From Antedon mediterranea (taxonomy: Eukaryota > Animalia > Echinodermata): DNA of 64,000 bases. Shown here one piece after another: positions 35,501 to 48,900 of this stretch; position 1 is the first letter of the stretch; the number at the start of each line of letters is the position of its first letter. Position numbers and translations under genes: made by a program. The notes under the pieces were generated by a model, which was not told the DNA's origin, did not search any database, and saw nothing but the letters and a program-made list of their open reading frames with translations. Location of the stretch: the NCBI RefSeq assembly GCF_964355755.1, contig NC_092671.1:9114001-9178000 (forward strand), given 5' to 3'.

Positions 35501-38185
35501 GTGTTTGGAAATCCTAAAAGCTTTTTATGTCAAAGTCATAAAGCAAGGATATCGAATAATTACCTGAACTCCACACCTTGATAACTCAACTGCTGTGGCT
35601 AATACTGTACAACTAGTAATATTAATAGGTCGCTGGTTCTTCTAGCTCAGCGTTCTAGATACCAGCATGACAATTTGAGATAGGAAAACATACCGGAAAA
35701 ATATATTAATGTAATTTTCTTATGCAAGAAAATAGCTTAACCTTCTCAATGTATCTGCCACATAAAAAAGTTTTATAAAATGCATATTATTACCATCATT
35801 TTTTGTGTATAATTTCCTATATCATCCTATATATCTAATTTTTATCAAAAGCATGTATGGTGTAATAATGTTTGTTTGTTTACTCCAGTATTATAAGAGC
35901 ACCACCTACTGCTGAGCTTGAACCGTTGGCTAATGGACAGATAGCACAGACCGATGAAGTGAGCCATTTATTTGTTATTTACTGTTAATGTTATTGTTAA
36001 TTATTCAACAGTGTCATCCTTCTCATTATAAGCACATCATAGAAGTGTGTGATGAGCTCTTAAAAAATTAGTATCAGTTGCCTGGTACCAGGATAACACA
36101 ATAATGTGGTTTAATCACTCAATTACTGTGTGGTGATAGTTTTAATTAGCTATAAAAGCCAATCTCATTTTTTCTTATTATTATTAAAATTATTAGTAAT
36201 ATCTAGTAGGTCTATGCCTTTGTCTTTCTGTCTATTTAAAGTAAAATTTCGCTTATTTGTTTTTCAAATTTTACTGCATCTCTCATTTTAGATTATGTTA
36301 ATAAAAAACAGTATTTAATTCTAAAATGCTGATAACATTTGTAATCATAACTTCCACTTTGCTTACTTCAGATGGATATGGGAATGACGTACAGCGAGTT
36401 GTCCTTATTTGGGCGTCTCCGCAAGATGTCATTATGTGGTCCTTACAGCATGTTTCTTAAGCTTGTGCAGAAATGGAGCGATGTTTTTACGCCATCACAG
36501 GTAAATGTAATTGTTTGACTGGAGTTTGGTGTATTTGGTAGTTATCTAGTTAGATTTACATTTGTTTAGGACCAGCTATATAATGGATTCATATTTGTAA
36601 TGCTCTTTCTTAAAGCGTTTTGAACTAGATGTCAACTTTTCCACTTCCCATGAGGGTTCCTTTGTGTTGAGCTTGCGCCAAACAGCACATATTCTGCTAG
36701 GGACTAATATGGACCAAAACATAGATAACCTGCTACTCTTTCGATTAAATCTCTGTCTACACTATCAAATTAGTTTGACAAAAAAAGTGTGATGTGCCCA
36801 AATATGGTAGTGATATGACATCATCATGTCTATATATGGGCACGTCACATTTTTTTGTCACATTAAGAAGCAATGGAGACAGGTTGAATAATTTATATAT
36901 ATTCTTCTAATAGGTTGCAGAAAAAGTTAAGCATTTTTTCCGCTCATATTCAATAAATCGTCATAAAATGACTGTGATGACGCCTTCGTACCATGCAGAG
37001 TCGTACAGTCCTGATGACAACCGATTTGACTTGCGACAATTTTTGTACAACCCGTCTTGGTTATGGCAATTCAAATGTATCAATAAAGAAGTAAGTTGAT
37101 TTTTTTTAAATATTAAAACATTTCTGCACACATTTAATAGCGACCTCTGATCTATGAAAAGTGTCGGAAAGTGGTTTGGTCGATAGGTGGCCAAACTTTT
37201 TATCCTGTTTTTGTCTGATATTTTGCGGCATTATCAATGCAGACTACCTCTCAATTTTTCAGGCGATGTAATTTATTTATTTAATAATTGTTTAAATCAT
37301 TTGTCAGTAATATACCATACTATAGTATTTTGTTTTTAAATTGTAATCAAAACCATGTTTCGGGCTGCTGCTCATGAGATGTAAATAGTAGTATAATAGA
37401 TGAAAATAAAAGTTAGTGGTGGTTGATTATAATAGTTACCAAATTCACTGACGGAATCCTAATTTGTAGTAGTTAATCATGTTGGTGCAGTACCCGCTAC
37501 ATCTTTGGGCTGTGTATCTAACTCTAGACATCAGCGTGGTGGCATGGTCTAGAGGTATAACTTCCAGGCTAGTGATCTTGAAGTTATTCCCAATTAAGAA
37601 AATTACTTACTTAATTTTATCGCTGTGTGTCCAGTACAATTATGTCATAGTAGGGCAAAATATCTGACTCATTTATTTTAGGTTGACTTGATTGAGAAAT
37701 CTATAGAGCTTAAAGATTCACAAAGTGGATCGCGGAAAACAGCAGATTATGGAGATGATACTCCTCCCAGAAACAAGAAAACATTATCGGGACGCCAAGA
37801 GACGGACTCAAGACAACCAAAACGAACTGGTGTGTTTGTTGCAACCGAAAAAACTGCAGTTCGGCAGTTAGAATGCGAGACCAAAGACACAGTAGATTGT
37901 CAATTTAAAACAAACTCAGATAATTCAGATGTACGTGAAAACATTACTTCAGACAATGAATGGCACTTATCAAATTTGGATACCGTAGGATTTGATAAGG
38001 GCGGTATCCATAATGATTTGCCGCGTAATAATAAAAAGGATGTAATAGTATCGAGAAAACGACCCTCAACAGGTTTGTTGCCGGGTGAACCACAAAAGAA
38101 GCAACCGCATTTGTGTCTTTTAGCATCTAAATTGTCGAATGTTGGAAGTACCGTTGGTTCTTGGTTAAAGAAAATAGCAATGTAG
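23583..38185 (+). CDS. NADSYN1: Glutamine-dependent NAD(+) synthetase, ~857 aa, 19 exons (23583-23667, 23853-23913, 24341-24457, 24692-24745, 25121-25262, 25629-25717, 26786-26903, 27434-27565, 28482-28556, 28698-28871, 29556-29658, 30655-30823, 31814-31949, 34385-34491, 35107-35238, 35889-35958, 36372-36500, 36914-37090, 37682-38185)
   Basis: Nitrilase-type glutaminase domain with [29 protein letters not shown] and EICEELW (E-K-C triad). Synthetase domain with [40 protein letters not shown] and [11 protein letters not shown]. The total of 2574 nt is in frame. Confidence 0.96.
24150..24325. repeat. Long near-perfect hairpin (foldback element) in NADSYN1 intron 2
   Basis: The arm ...aatggtacaaataatggcac..ggtgaatgatgaaaggttatatcaac and its reverse complement surround the loop tcggctttgcctc. 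Confidence 0.8.
26090..26690. mobile_element. Nested Deu/Nin-core SINEs: a minus-strand copy (~26209-26515) inside a plus-strand copy
   Basis: The host SINE is split at gataaggactct|aagccgtagg. The insert is the reverse complement of the 22148 element and is flanked by gactct. Confidence 0.82.
28037..28165. repeat. Minisatellite built on ggcgatctctgttgtcc units
   Basis: About six related 17-mer units arranged in ~51-bp higher-order repeats. Confidence 0.75.
33080..33712 (+). mobile_element. 5'-truncated LINE (L2/Rex-Babar-like) RT C-terminal remnant in a NADSYN1 intron
   Basis: [19 protein letters not shown]...[17 protein letters not shown] and SHPLH...RSGRLR...[11 protein letters not shown], frameshifted. 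Ends with aataaa and a (tctta)n tail. Confidence 0.85.
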
Positions 38186-38799
38186 GTATAGTTATACCAA
38201 ACTGTAATGTTTATATTCTCTTATCAAATTCCAAGGTCCAGGGTACAATCCTGACCTAGTGTCGGGGTTGTAACTCGCGACTTTTTCAACTCCACTATCA
38301 AGCCTCAAATGACGATATATTATATTTTATCCATCCTGTAATTGGCGAGTTTTTTGCTGTTTGGTGTTTATGAAAAAATAGATTATTAAAGATGTTTTTA
38401 AAAATAATAATTTGTTGGTAAAACAATGGATACTTTTTAAAACATGAAACAAATATTTAAAGATGAAACACTGGTAGTTTTAAACGTTGTATTTAATATC
38501 GATTATACGGGTGATAAATGAAATTGATATACTGTACATATTCAAGAGGGTTGAGTAATCAAAAATCGTAACTTTATTTAAATTGCTTTTAATGAACTTT
38601 TCATATGTTATTTAGGTCTACTTATGTGCACACATACATGAAATGAATACAATTTATATTATACATTATGTATATATTTTATCCATTTTTACTAGTAAAA
38701 CAGCAGTATCTCATTTATGTATTCATACATTGAATTTCCGTAACTATTGCAAATATGTACACGATAATAGAAACAATAGAGTTTATATATATTTTTTAT

Positions 38800-39205
38800 A
38801 CTCCCTCTGAAAACTTTGTGAATCTGTCAGTAATAGACAATTTGTATTTACAATAACGATATAATACGTTTAATTTTCCCTCTAGAAACTTTGTGAATCT
38901 GTCACAAATAGACAATTTGTATTTACAATAACGATATAATACGTTTTTAGACTAAAATTCTCACTCTAAAAACTTTGTGAATCCGTCAAAAATAGACAAT
39001 TTGTATTTACAATAACGATATAATACGTTTTAGACTAAAATTCTCCCTCTAAAAACTTTGTGAATCCGTCACAAATAGACAATTTGTATTTATACAATAA
39101 CGATATAATACGTTTTTAGACTAAAATTCTCCCTCTAAAAACTTTGTGAATCCGTCACAAATAGACAATTTGTATTTATACAATAACGATATAATACGTT
39201 TTAGA
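38800..39205. repeat. Tandem repeat, ~86-bp unit x~4.7, between convergent NADSYN1 and GPCR
   Basis: Repeats of ctccctctaaaaactttgtgaatccgtcacaaatagacaatttgtattta(ta)caataacgatataatacgttt. Confidence 0.9.
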
Positions 39206-39307
39206 CAAAAATCGAAACGCCGAATAGTGGATTATGATAAACAAGACAATAATGACATACATAACCAGTCTATTATTCGTGGAACCATCATTGTTTTCTC
39301 AATAAAA

Positions 39308-40405
39308 TCAGGATTGCGAGATGTTGCTAGACACAGTCTGAAGAGATGTAGACTGGCTGTATTTACTCGACGATTTTAATTTCTTAGCCGAAGAAATGCC
39401 AATAAATTCAAACAACGCCTGTCTATATGCTTTATTTGAAACGTTGTAAATAATTGGGTTGATGGCTGCATTTACAAATCCCAGGAATCTGAAAATATTT
39501 GCAAACAAAGTAGTGAAATTCGGATCGGCAGCGTCAAAATAAAATAATACCCATAACATATTTAAGGGTGCGGTAAACATGACGTAAACGGAGACGGTGA
39601 TGATTACAGTTTGCAACGCTTTCATTTCATAGTTGACGCGGTTACTTGCAGACGATGTATCTTTTTCGGCTTTCTTAAACGGAGCGCGCAAAGACCAAAA
39701 CACCTTACCATACATTGGAATCATCAGCACAAGATACAGTAGCGATAGAAAAACATCCGCCAGAAGAGCATATTCCATCATTTCGCAAACTGCATCTTTA
39801 AAATCCATGCAGAACACGCAGACATCGGTAGAGTTTGGTATTCCGTTAGTCATATCTGGCCATGGAAACTCGAGCGGCATTTTACCATTTGTAACAAGGT
39901 TTCGACTTTGCCAAAGTAAGATGATTACCCATATAGCGCAGCAAATTTTCATTGTGCGTTTCTTTGACACATACGCTCGATATTTCAAAGGTTGCGTAAT
40001 CGCTACAAACCGTTCAGCAGAAATCGCAAAAGTAAGAGTAGCAGAAAGTTGGTAAACTGAATCAACTAAGAACGTATTGAATTTACAATATTCCACGCTA
40101 CACCAACTGTTGTCATGGTAAAGATGTAGATCGCTTTTAATAATATTAACCCACATAAATGTGGAGGCTATAATTAAAAATATCAAATCCGAAATTGCTA
40201 AGTTTACTAAGTAAATATTTAACGAGTTGCGCATGCGTACGTTAGTGCTTAGTACGATGATAGTTGACGCGTTTCCAACGATACCAATAAACACTACAAT
40301 CGGCAAAAAGATGTATAATGAATACACCTCCAAATCGGTATAAAGGTACGGTTCAATTTCTCCGTCCCAGTTCGTAGCTTCGGGAGCGTCAGAACTATTC
40401 TTCAT
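39308..40405 (-). CDS. Intronless class A (rhodopsin-like) GPCR, peptide-receptor-like (TRHR/NMUR/GHSR-like), 365 aa
   Basis: Seven TMs with GIVGN, YLVNLAISD, a TM3 Cys, AISAERFVAI, IW, TAPLN and NAAINPIIYN. N-glycosylation sequon in the N-terminus. Confidence 0.92.
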   Translation of the reverse strand: MKNSSDAPEATNWDGEIEPYLYTDLEVYSLYIFLPIVVFIGIVGNASTIIVLSTNVRMRNSLNIYLVNLAISDLIFLIIASTFMWVNIIKSDLHLYHDNSWCSVEYCKFNTFLVDSVYQLSATLTFAISAERFVAITQPLKYRAYVSKKRTMKICCAIWVIILLWQSRNLVTNGKMPLEFPWPDMTNGIPNSTDVCVFCMDFKDAVCEMMEYALLADVFLSLLYLVLMIPMYGKVFWSLRAPFKKAEKDTSSASNRVNYEMKALQTVIITVSVYVMFTAPLNMLWVLFYFDAADPNFTTLFANIFRFLGFVNAAINPIIYNVSNKAYRQALFEFIGISSAKKLKSSSKYSQSTSLQTVSSNISQS

Positions 40406-41190
40406 TTTCGATGAATGGTGCGAAGAGAAAAGCTGATCAATTTATAGTACAGTATGTTTCCTGTATCAAAGTTTAAAAAAAAATGTAGTCATGGAAAAAA
40501 AGAGTTTAACTTTTTGAATGATAAGTCTAATGATATATGAATAAAGTACTATACTTGGCAACATTTTATTTTGCCAAGTAAAACGACTTTAACAAGCCCT
40601 TGATCAAAAACACCGTTCATAGAGCGGGAAAAATGTTCGTCCTAAACATCAGTGACTTTATGAGGAATCTGCACTAGACGCCTTTCTCCTATTTGTTTTT
40701 TCGCCCAGTGTCCGTCGTGACAAATACATTTGCTATATACCTACCTACTAGTCTATTATTCTCTTCTGTGTAAAGTTGCCGTCTGCGCCGATGCTGTATG
40801 TATGCGAATTTAGATTTACTTTTTACATTTTATAGAAAACTTGTGTATGTGTATAGATGGCGACATTTTGGTTCAAATTGCAACTCATACATTTTAGTAT
40901 TATTAGTGGTATTAATAAAATAAATAAGTTCCTTACAGGGATTCAAACAATTTACCCATATCACCCTTTCGATATTGTATGTAGGCCTATGTACTATATG
41001 TATAAATTACTAGAATACCAGGAAAATATACATCGTTGATGAATGTTGAAAAATACATTGAAAATAAATAACACTCGTTTTTATTATTGCATTCTTTATT
41101 CTCATTTTATAATCGGAATCGTAATAGGAAAACATCGACTGGAACATCACCTTTTAACCAAGCTATTTATCAATATGCCTATAATCTATA

Positions 41191-44100
41191 TCATTTACTT
41201 CTATCTTTACATCGGCTACTATTTTCTATCAAAGAACTGGTTTCAGTTGAATTATCGGCAGATTTCGCCCATTCTTGTATCTCAGCACTACCAAAGACTA
41301 AAAATTGCAGCAGTCCTGCTGCCTGTACGCCGGCTGCAATCCAAAATACGCTTCGCCATTGGATCAACGTGTTCTGAAAAATAAGGTTGCTATAATAGTG
41401 TTTTTGAACTTCTGAGAAGTGACGGTGACTGAGACCATCGGGGCTTATATGTTATCTCGGAAAATAATTTAAAGTGTTCTAAGTTCAATTGTAAGCCCTA
41501 CTATGTGAAATAGTAAATTTACTTACATCTATTTCTGTTATTGCCCCAACCACTGCTGGGCCAATAAATCCAGTAACACCAGAAAACGTAAACGCAATTC
41601 CGATTACTAAAGCTGAATGATTGGGCGCAATATCCAAAGCATTTGCACATATCGTGGAAGTGCAAACTCCATACAGTCCAAATGCAATAATCATAAGTAT
41701 GGCTGCAATCCAGTCATAAGAAATGTATCCAATCAAAATAAGAAGAATTGATTGTAAACCGAGACCTGTAGAATAAAAAGAAGAAAGATCATTTAATTTG
41801 CGAAGGTGAAATAAAGTTAGATGTTGACCCGAAATGAAAAAAAAACTTGAATATAATAATTTCTTTAAACATTTTTTAATTTAGTAAAAATATTCGGAAA
41901 TAATACTTACAAAAACAAGCAAAAAAATGTCGTACGTGTATTTTTTTTATTTTAGTTTGATAAATTAATTTGTCTGCAATAATTCCTCCAAAAATAGTTG
42001 TAAGAAAAAATGCAATCTGGGCAATACATGACAGAAAGCCGCTCTGTATAAAATAAATAAGTATAATATAAACAGTATTACAATAGTACGTTATAAGTAT
42101 AGTGTTTAACAAATTAATGTTGACAATAAATACATAAACCATTTTTGGTCGCCATTTGAAGCACAAATGTGGGTGTGGGTACTGTTAGATACATAAACAC
42201 AAATACAAATAAACTTTAATACTGACAGTTGCTTCTCAACGTTTGTATTAATTATTTAATTAATTATTATTCATAATTTACAACAAAAATGTAAACGTCA
42301 TAGTGGTGTATCGTTACATGCAATTGTATTATTTCAATCGACTATGACAGTGACAGTTTCAACAAAGTATTGAAGTTTTCGTAAGTTTGACTTACTTGGT
42401 TCTTGTTCTATTGAATGCGATTGTTACTTGTTACCCCTGCCTTGGAGGTTATATTTTTGTGTCTAGTGTGTGTGTGTTTGTCTCTTGCGGCAGGATAACG
42501 TAAACAAGTAAAAGGCGGATCTTTACTAAATTTAAACCACAGATAGATATGTTGTCACGGACGTCTTGGAGGCAATCCGAACCAGGATCCCAATTCTGGA
42601 CCACCTTTATTATTTTATTTATAGGCCGTACGTCAAAACTACACAACGGATCTTTATCACGATTCTTGATCTTTTTTTCCTCCCGCGGAGTTACAACTAC
42701 TGTACTTACCATTTCAATATCAAAGTGTAGTATTGTTTTAAAAAATATGGGCATGTCTGTGCCTAGAAGATACAGGCCGAAATCATCACCTATACAATAG
42801 ATACATATCGACCATACTGGTGCCGAAATAGCTAGTTTCTTCCAACGTATGTTGTAAACCTGAAAAAAAGTTAGAATTGATGTTTTTAATTAGGATTAGA
42901 CTGAGAACTGATAACATTTTTAATTTATGCTTTCTGGCTTATTCCGTTGACCTGACTGCTACAAAACCTTACAAATGAAGACATTTTTATTTCACCTCTG
43001 AATCTTGTGCTATTGGTCGAGATGTTGTTATCGATTCTTTTTCAAATTCAGATATCCATCGATTATTGGTTACGTCACTAGATCCCACAATCCACCAGCA
43101 CAAACACCAGATGATTCCAGCAATACCTTATTAAACAATTAGTAAACATCTTAAAATATGGGGGATATACCGAACGTTGCCATTCTTAATTAGTAATCTC
43201 ATTGGACATTGCTAAAAATATTGCTAAAATTATTTGCATTTTTTTATAGTATTTCTCAACAACTAATTCCCTTATGATTGTTGTCTGGAGGTGCTGTCCT
43301 CCTTTGTGGTTGTTATTCTCGGTTGTTCTGCAGATAAGAGTAGTTGTTATAGTAGGATAAGGAGGTTGTCCGGATTAATTGTTCAGGGAATTGTGTTTCG
43401 GATACGGTTAAAAATAGGTAATCGTTATTATAGAATGTATTTAATTTAGTGCAATCATCAACCATGGAATATCTTACCGATTATATAAAATGTAGATGGC
43501 CACCCTCCTAAAAACGTCGAAGTGGTAAGCAATGAAGACACGTAGCTAGATGCAATTGCCCCAACACTGTAGCCTAAACGAAAAAAAAACACGTACTGCT
43601 TTATTTATTTTAGTGTAGGCCTGTATTTCCCCTATACTACCCCACATCGTATACCTTCCTGCACCCGAGACAATTGACCTGCTTTTATCGAGAAGATTTG
43701 TTAAGAATTCTGTTGCTTACCCGAAGTTGTAATTGATACAAATGTACTGAGTTCATTCAATTTCGACCATTTTGCTATGATACCAATTGTTGAAGCATAT
43801 ACCATGCCCTGTTAACCGACGTAGAGAAACAATTATTTTCATAGTTAAATAAGGGTAGGCCACTGACTCTTTAGGAGGGAAGAGGTAGAAAATGTCCTTT
43901 CCAGCAATAACATGTTAAATCTTTGCTAAGCTATCACGAATTGTACATTTACGTTTGTCGTGTCGGTCGTTTTTTTTACATTTGTGGTTGACATACTTAT
44001 ACATTTGCGGGTATTTGACCTTTTTTTGGGGTTATTTGAACATTTTGCGGATGACATGCAATTGTTACATTTGTTGACAATAGGCCTAGGCTACATTTAC

Positions 44101-44921
44101 GAGGGCCTTTCTCAGAAAAATGTCTTTACCTTTCAAAGGGGTACCGAGGCCTGTTAACCGAAATCATATATTAACTGTCCTTTAAAATCTTACAGTGATG
44201 GATAACGTCCCACTCCAACCCCACTAATAGGTAGTCAACGGCCAAAAAAGGAAAACTCCCTCCAAAAACATACCTGTCCAAATCCATCGATTATTCTACT
44301 ACTTATCAAAAGGCCAATTCCACATCTTGCAGCCAAAGGTGACAACAGTGCTATCAGAGAACTTACTGCCACGGTAGATAATAGAACAGGGAAGCCGCCG
44401 TATTTACCAACTAACCATCCACCAATCATAGGTGTAACAGAATACCCGTAATAGATTGCTCCTAGGATTGCTTGCTGTGTTTTCATGTCCCAGTCAAATG
44501 CATGTTTCTACAATATACACCAAATAGCATCACAGTAATGATAATTAGGTATAAAATAACCAACACTATGTTAGTTTATATCCCATGAATATATACCTAA
44601 TAAAATACGATGAAACAAAACTACTCAAAGTAAAATACAATTTCAGATTGTTGGGTTTTTTTTACGTACCATAGATAGAATGACAATACTCCAATTTGTA
44701 CGAGTGAAGAAGTTGAAAGCATTTGCAACGCAACACATGACTACAATGATATATCGAATATGAAGTCGGGGCGGCACGTCTGTAAAAATAAAAACACACA
44801 ATATGACTACGGTACCCCCTATTACAGATTACAGAAGATCTACACTGTACTTCTATATTAGAATATGCAAAATACCTTTCTTGTCTTTTTGAAGAATTTG
44901 TTTACCTTCCTCTTTTGACAT
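41191..44921 (-). CDS. SLC17/sialin-like MFS anion transporter, copy 1, ~469 aa; exons 44921-44876, 44779-44670, 44507-44274, 43808-43721, 43573-43478, 43126-42996, 42859-42710, 42043-41911, 41765-41527, 41373-41191
   Basis: Motifs RTNWSIVILSM, FDWDMKTQQAILGAIYYGY, SRIIDGFGQG, GGWPSTFY, NALDIAPNHS and QWRSVF...FGSAEIQEWA are SLC17-type. The total of 1410 nt is in frame. Confidence 0.9.
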
Positions 44922-45429
44922 CGTGTTTTTGTAATATTATTGGCTTTTGAATCTGTCAATGATGAAAAAATGAAATAATTTTAGTCTATGTAGATGATCA
45001 TATTGCAAATCAAACAATAACCAATATTAGAGATTATAAAGATTCTGTCATTCCAAATGTGAGTATTGTGTCTCAGTTTTTCATCTGTTACTGGTAAATA
45101 ACAAATAATGAAAAGAAAAAAATAAACAAATCACACACTGTAGCATTATTGCGCCTTAATCTTAATGCGCATGCGTAAGGTAAAAAAAAACCAATAACGA
45201 TTGAACCGAATCGCGGAAGTCCTCTTACATAATGTATATAAACGTATGTAAACATTTCTAAAAACCACATTATGTCAATAGAAAAAATGTAAATAGATGT
45301 ACTACATAACATGTTAAGAGAAAATGTCCTGTATATGGAAATGAAAGTGGGACGAAAAGACATATAAATAAATGCCCCGCGACAATACATTAGAGTAATC
45401 GTCTGTACTCCAATATATTGTTGCTCTAA

Positions 45430-45720
45430 AAGAGCGGATATGATCCAAATCTTCAAAATTATATAATGGTCTTGATTATAGAATCCAGCAAGTTTTTAAA
45501 TGTGTTGATTGTCGTGGAACTAGAGGTCGTAAATACAAGTTGTATAATAGCAAGTTTAAGCTTAATTGTACCAGAACGTTTTCCTTAAGTTGTAGAGTTG
45601 TGGACTCTTGGAATAGCCTACCATATCATGTTGTAAAAGCTCCAAGCCTAAATCAATTCAAGTAATTTCTTAATGATCATTGGAAGACTCGTGACTGCAA
45701 GTTTACTTTTTCAAACTTAT
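45430..45720 (+). mobile_element. CR1-like LINE 3' remnant
   Basis: Degenerate RADMIQIFKII...TRG..YKL...RVVDSWNSLPYHVVKAPSLNQFK..DHW. Confidence 0.7.
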
Positions 45721-45906
45721 AAGCACGTCAACTCTAACACCCAAACTAAAATATTGTCAAAACAGTTGTCTTTTGAATATTAACAAAGAGTGTTCGTCAC
45801 CGCAAACGTCTATACAGTAATAATAGTTTTGAAAGAAAGAAAAGGAAGGGTTATATAAGCTATTTAGCTTGTTAACCGACCCATAAACATCCAGCAACAA
45901 TACATA

Positions 45907-48900
45907 TAGTAGAGTAGAAATAAGGTTTCACCTCAAAAAAATTGCAACAAAAGGTATTTCAACGGATTTTGGTAGTATTAGGTGTACTAAACAACAGAAA
46001 AAAAGTCTCAAGAATTTCGACCCCCGGAAAGTGGTTTTTTTTCAAGATGGCCGCCAAAATAGATAAAAAGTGAAAATGGCCATACCTCCTAAACTACTTG
46101 GTCTATTGATATAATTTTGGTACCAACATACTCAGAACATACATATTTATATTCGCTATAATAGAACATTTTGGGCAAAATTGACCGGAAATACCATTTC
46201 TGACAATTTGACCTTTGACCTTGATATGTTGTATCTTGGTAACCACTGACCGTAGGGAAACAAATGATGGCTCAAATTGTTCAGAATGTACATATTTACA
46301 TTTATTGTAATGAGACATTTTGTCAAAAAATGGTTAGAAGTAAAGGTTATTGACCTTTAACCTTTATCTATGTAGAATTTCCATATCTCGGCAACTATGT
46401 GTGGTAGAGATTTAAAATTGGGCTCTAAATACTGAGAATATACTTATTTATATTTACTCTAATGAAACAGTTTGACAGAAAATGACCAGAAACGACATGT
46501 TTGACCATTGACCTTGATATGCTATATTTCGATAATACACCATTTATGGCTCAATTTGTTCAGAATATAATTATAACTTTTAAATTTCTAATTAGGGTAT
46601 AGCAGCAATTGATTAGATATTGTGCATGTATTTAGTACGGCATCTTAAACAACTGTTCCAACTTCGTCTTCATCATCGTCATCAATCTTTCTATCTACGT
46701 TGTCCCATTCTTCTAGTTGACACACTCCACAAACTGAAGTACATGCCAATCCATAGCGTCTACAACTGCAACATACATCCAGTAGTTACAAAGGATGATT
46801 TTCAAAGTTCTTCTGGAGCAGCAGTTTCCATCGTCATTATTGGCAAAAATGTTTTATTACAAACTTTCCATCCCCACTTGGTAGCATCCATGGTATTATC
46901 TTTCTATAGCCATTGCATGATTTGACTGACATTCTGTAGCAGATGACGTTGGTGGTAGTTGTTGAGGCTAGGTTTGATAAATGATTTACCCTCAACAACT
47001 TTTTTATTAAATAGCTTGCATCTGTAGCTATTCAGGGAATCCAGTGACTTCGCTTCAAAAAGAATAGACATGTCCTTCAGTCCAAACTCCTCGATAGTTT
47101 AAAGTTTCTGATGCGGTTGAGTGAAAATATCGGCACACATGTCATATTCTGGGTTACTTTCAATCAATTTATTAAATGCCGCTTTCTTGCCGATTCCGAA
47201 AATCCTAGACGTCGAATCACAACCAGTGAATGCATGCACTATGGGTAATGCATTTCACATTTTATATCCTAAAACAGATTTCAATCTGGTTACATTAATC
47301 ACTCTAGTAGGCCCATCTTTTCCTTTGTCTAATCTGAAGTACACTTCTCGGTTTGTTGTATTTACATGATACAGTAAAAGTACCAGTAAGTCCGTGTCTT
47401 CTCCAATCAAAGTTACTGTATTATGTTCAGAGACTTCAACTGTTGCCAGAGCAATGTCAATATCGGCATTGTTTTTTTAGTTTTTTTTAAACCATATTTA
47501 ATGAGGGTGATCCACGCAGCTATTGCTGATCATTAGGGACCCTCAGAGGTTCACAAGACAAACATATACACAAGATGCTCTACAAAACAAAGTCTTATTA
47601 CAAGTCTTTGGGAGTGGAGTAATTTGGTCCTTAGAAAAAATCCTGACATGTGACGGGACTTGAACTCAGGACCCTTGGAGTGGTAGCCAAGCATCATAAC
47701 CATAACTCGTTGGCTGCATGTCGTACAGGACATTCTTTTTTCTGTAGCTCATATGAAAGCATGTTGATAAATTTGTGTTTGTTCTCATGCCTTGACAGGA
47801 ATTCTTCTTTCTTTCCATCAAATTCAGTTAGGACAAATCTCTCTAGACGATGTAATGAAATATGAACTAAGTCCGTTTCCACCCTCACTCTTCGAAGCCA
47901 AAGACATCTTTAGGAAGGCAAATAAACCAATAAATTGATAGAAAGTAACCTAGAATATGACACTGATGTGTGCCGATATTTTCACTCAACCGCATCAGAA
48001 ACTTCAAACTATCGAGGAGTTTGGATTAAAGGCCATGTCTATTCTTTTTGGAGCCAAGTCACTGGATTTCCTAAATAGCTACAGATGCAAGCTGTTTAAT
48101 AAGAAAGTTGCTGAGGGTAAATAATTTATCGAACCTCAACAACTACTACCACCAACCTCATCTGCTACAAAATGTCACAGTCTTAGAGTATACTATCAAA
48201 TCATGCAATGGATAAAGAAAGATAATACCATGGATGCTGCCAAGTCGGGGAAGTTTTTAATAAAACATTTGTGCCAATAATGACGATTGAAACTGCTGCT
48301 TCAGAAGAACTTTTGAAAATCATCCATTGTAACTGTACTACTGGATGTAAAACTGTATGTTGCAGTTGTAGATGCTATGGATTGGCATGTGCTTCAGTTT
48401 GTTGAGTGAGTCAACTAGAAGAATGGAACAACGTAGATAGAGAGATTGATGACGATGATGAAGACGAAGTTGGAACAGTTGTTTAGGATGCCGTACTAAA
48501 TACATGCACAGTATCCAATCAACTGCTGCTATACCGTAATTAGAAATTTAAAATTATTATTATATTCGTTTTTGTTTACTTTTCCGGTTTTTTATTCACT
48601 ATTATTATTATTAAGAATGTATACAGTATGTTCTGAACAATTTGAACTTGAACTCATATTCTAAATATAATATAATAAATGTAAAATATTACAGTTACTT
48701 GATTCCCAGGAAAGCTCTTAATTCCATGGGTAGATTAGACCATTACGAAATAAAATAATTATATTCTGAACAAATTGAGCCATAAATAGTGTATCTCAGT
48801 CATTATCGAAATATAGCATGTCAAGGTCAATGGTAAAAAAAAATGTCGTTTCTGGTCATTTTTTGTCAAACTGTTTCATTAGAGTAAATATAAATAAGTA

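Noticed and set aside
38800-39205. CRISPR-like periodic array
   Set aside because: The units are contiguous near-identical repeats with no unique spacers, there are no cas genes, and the context is eukaryotic.
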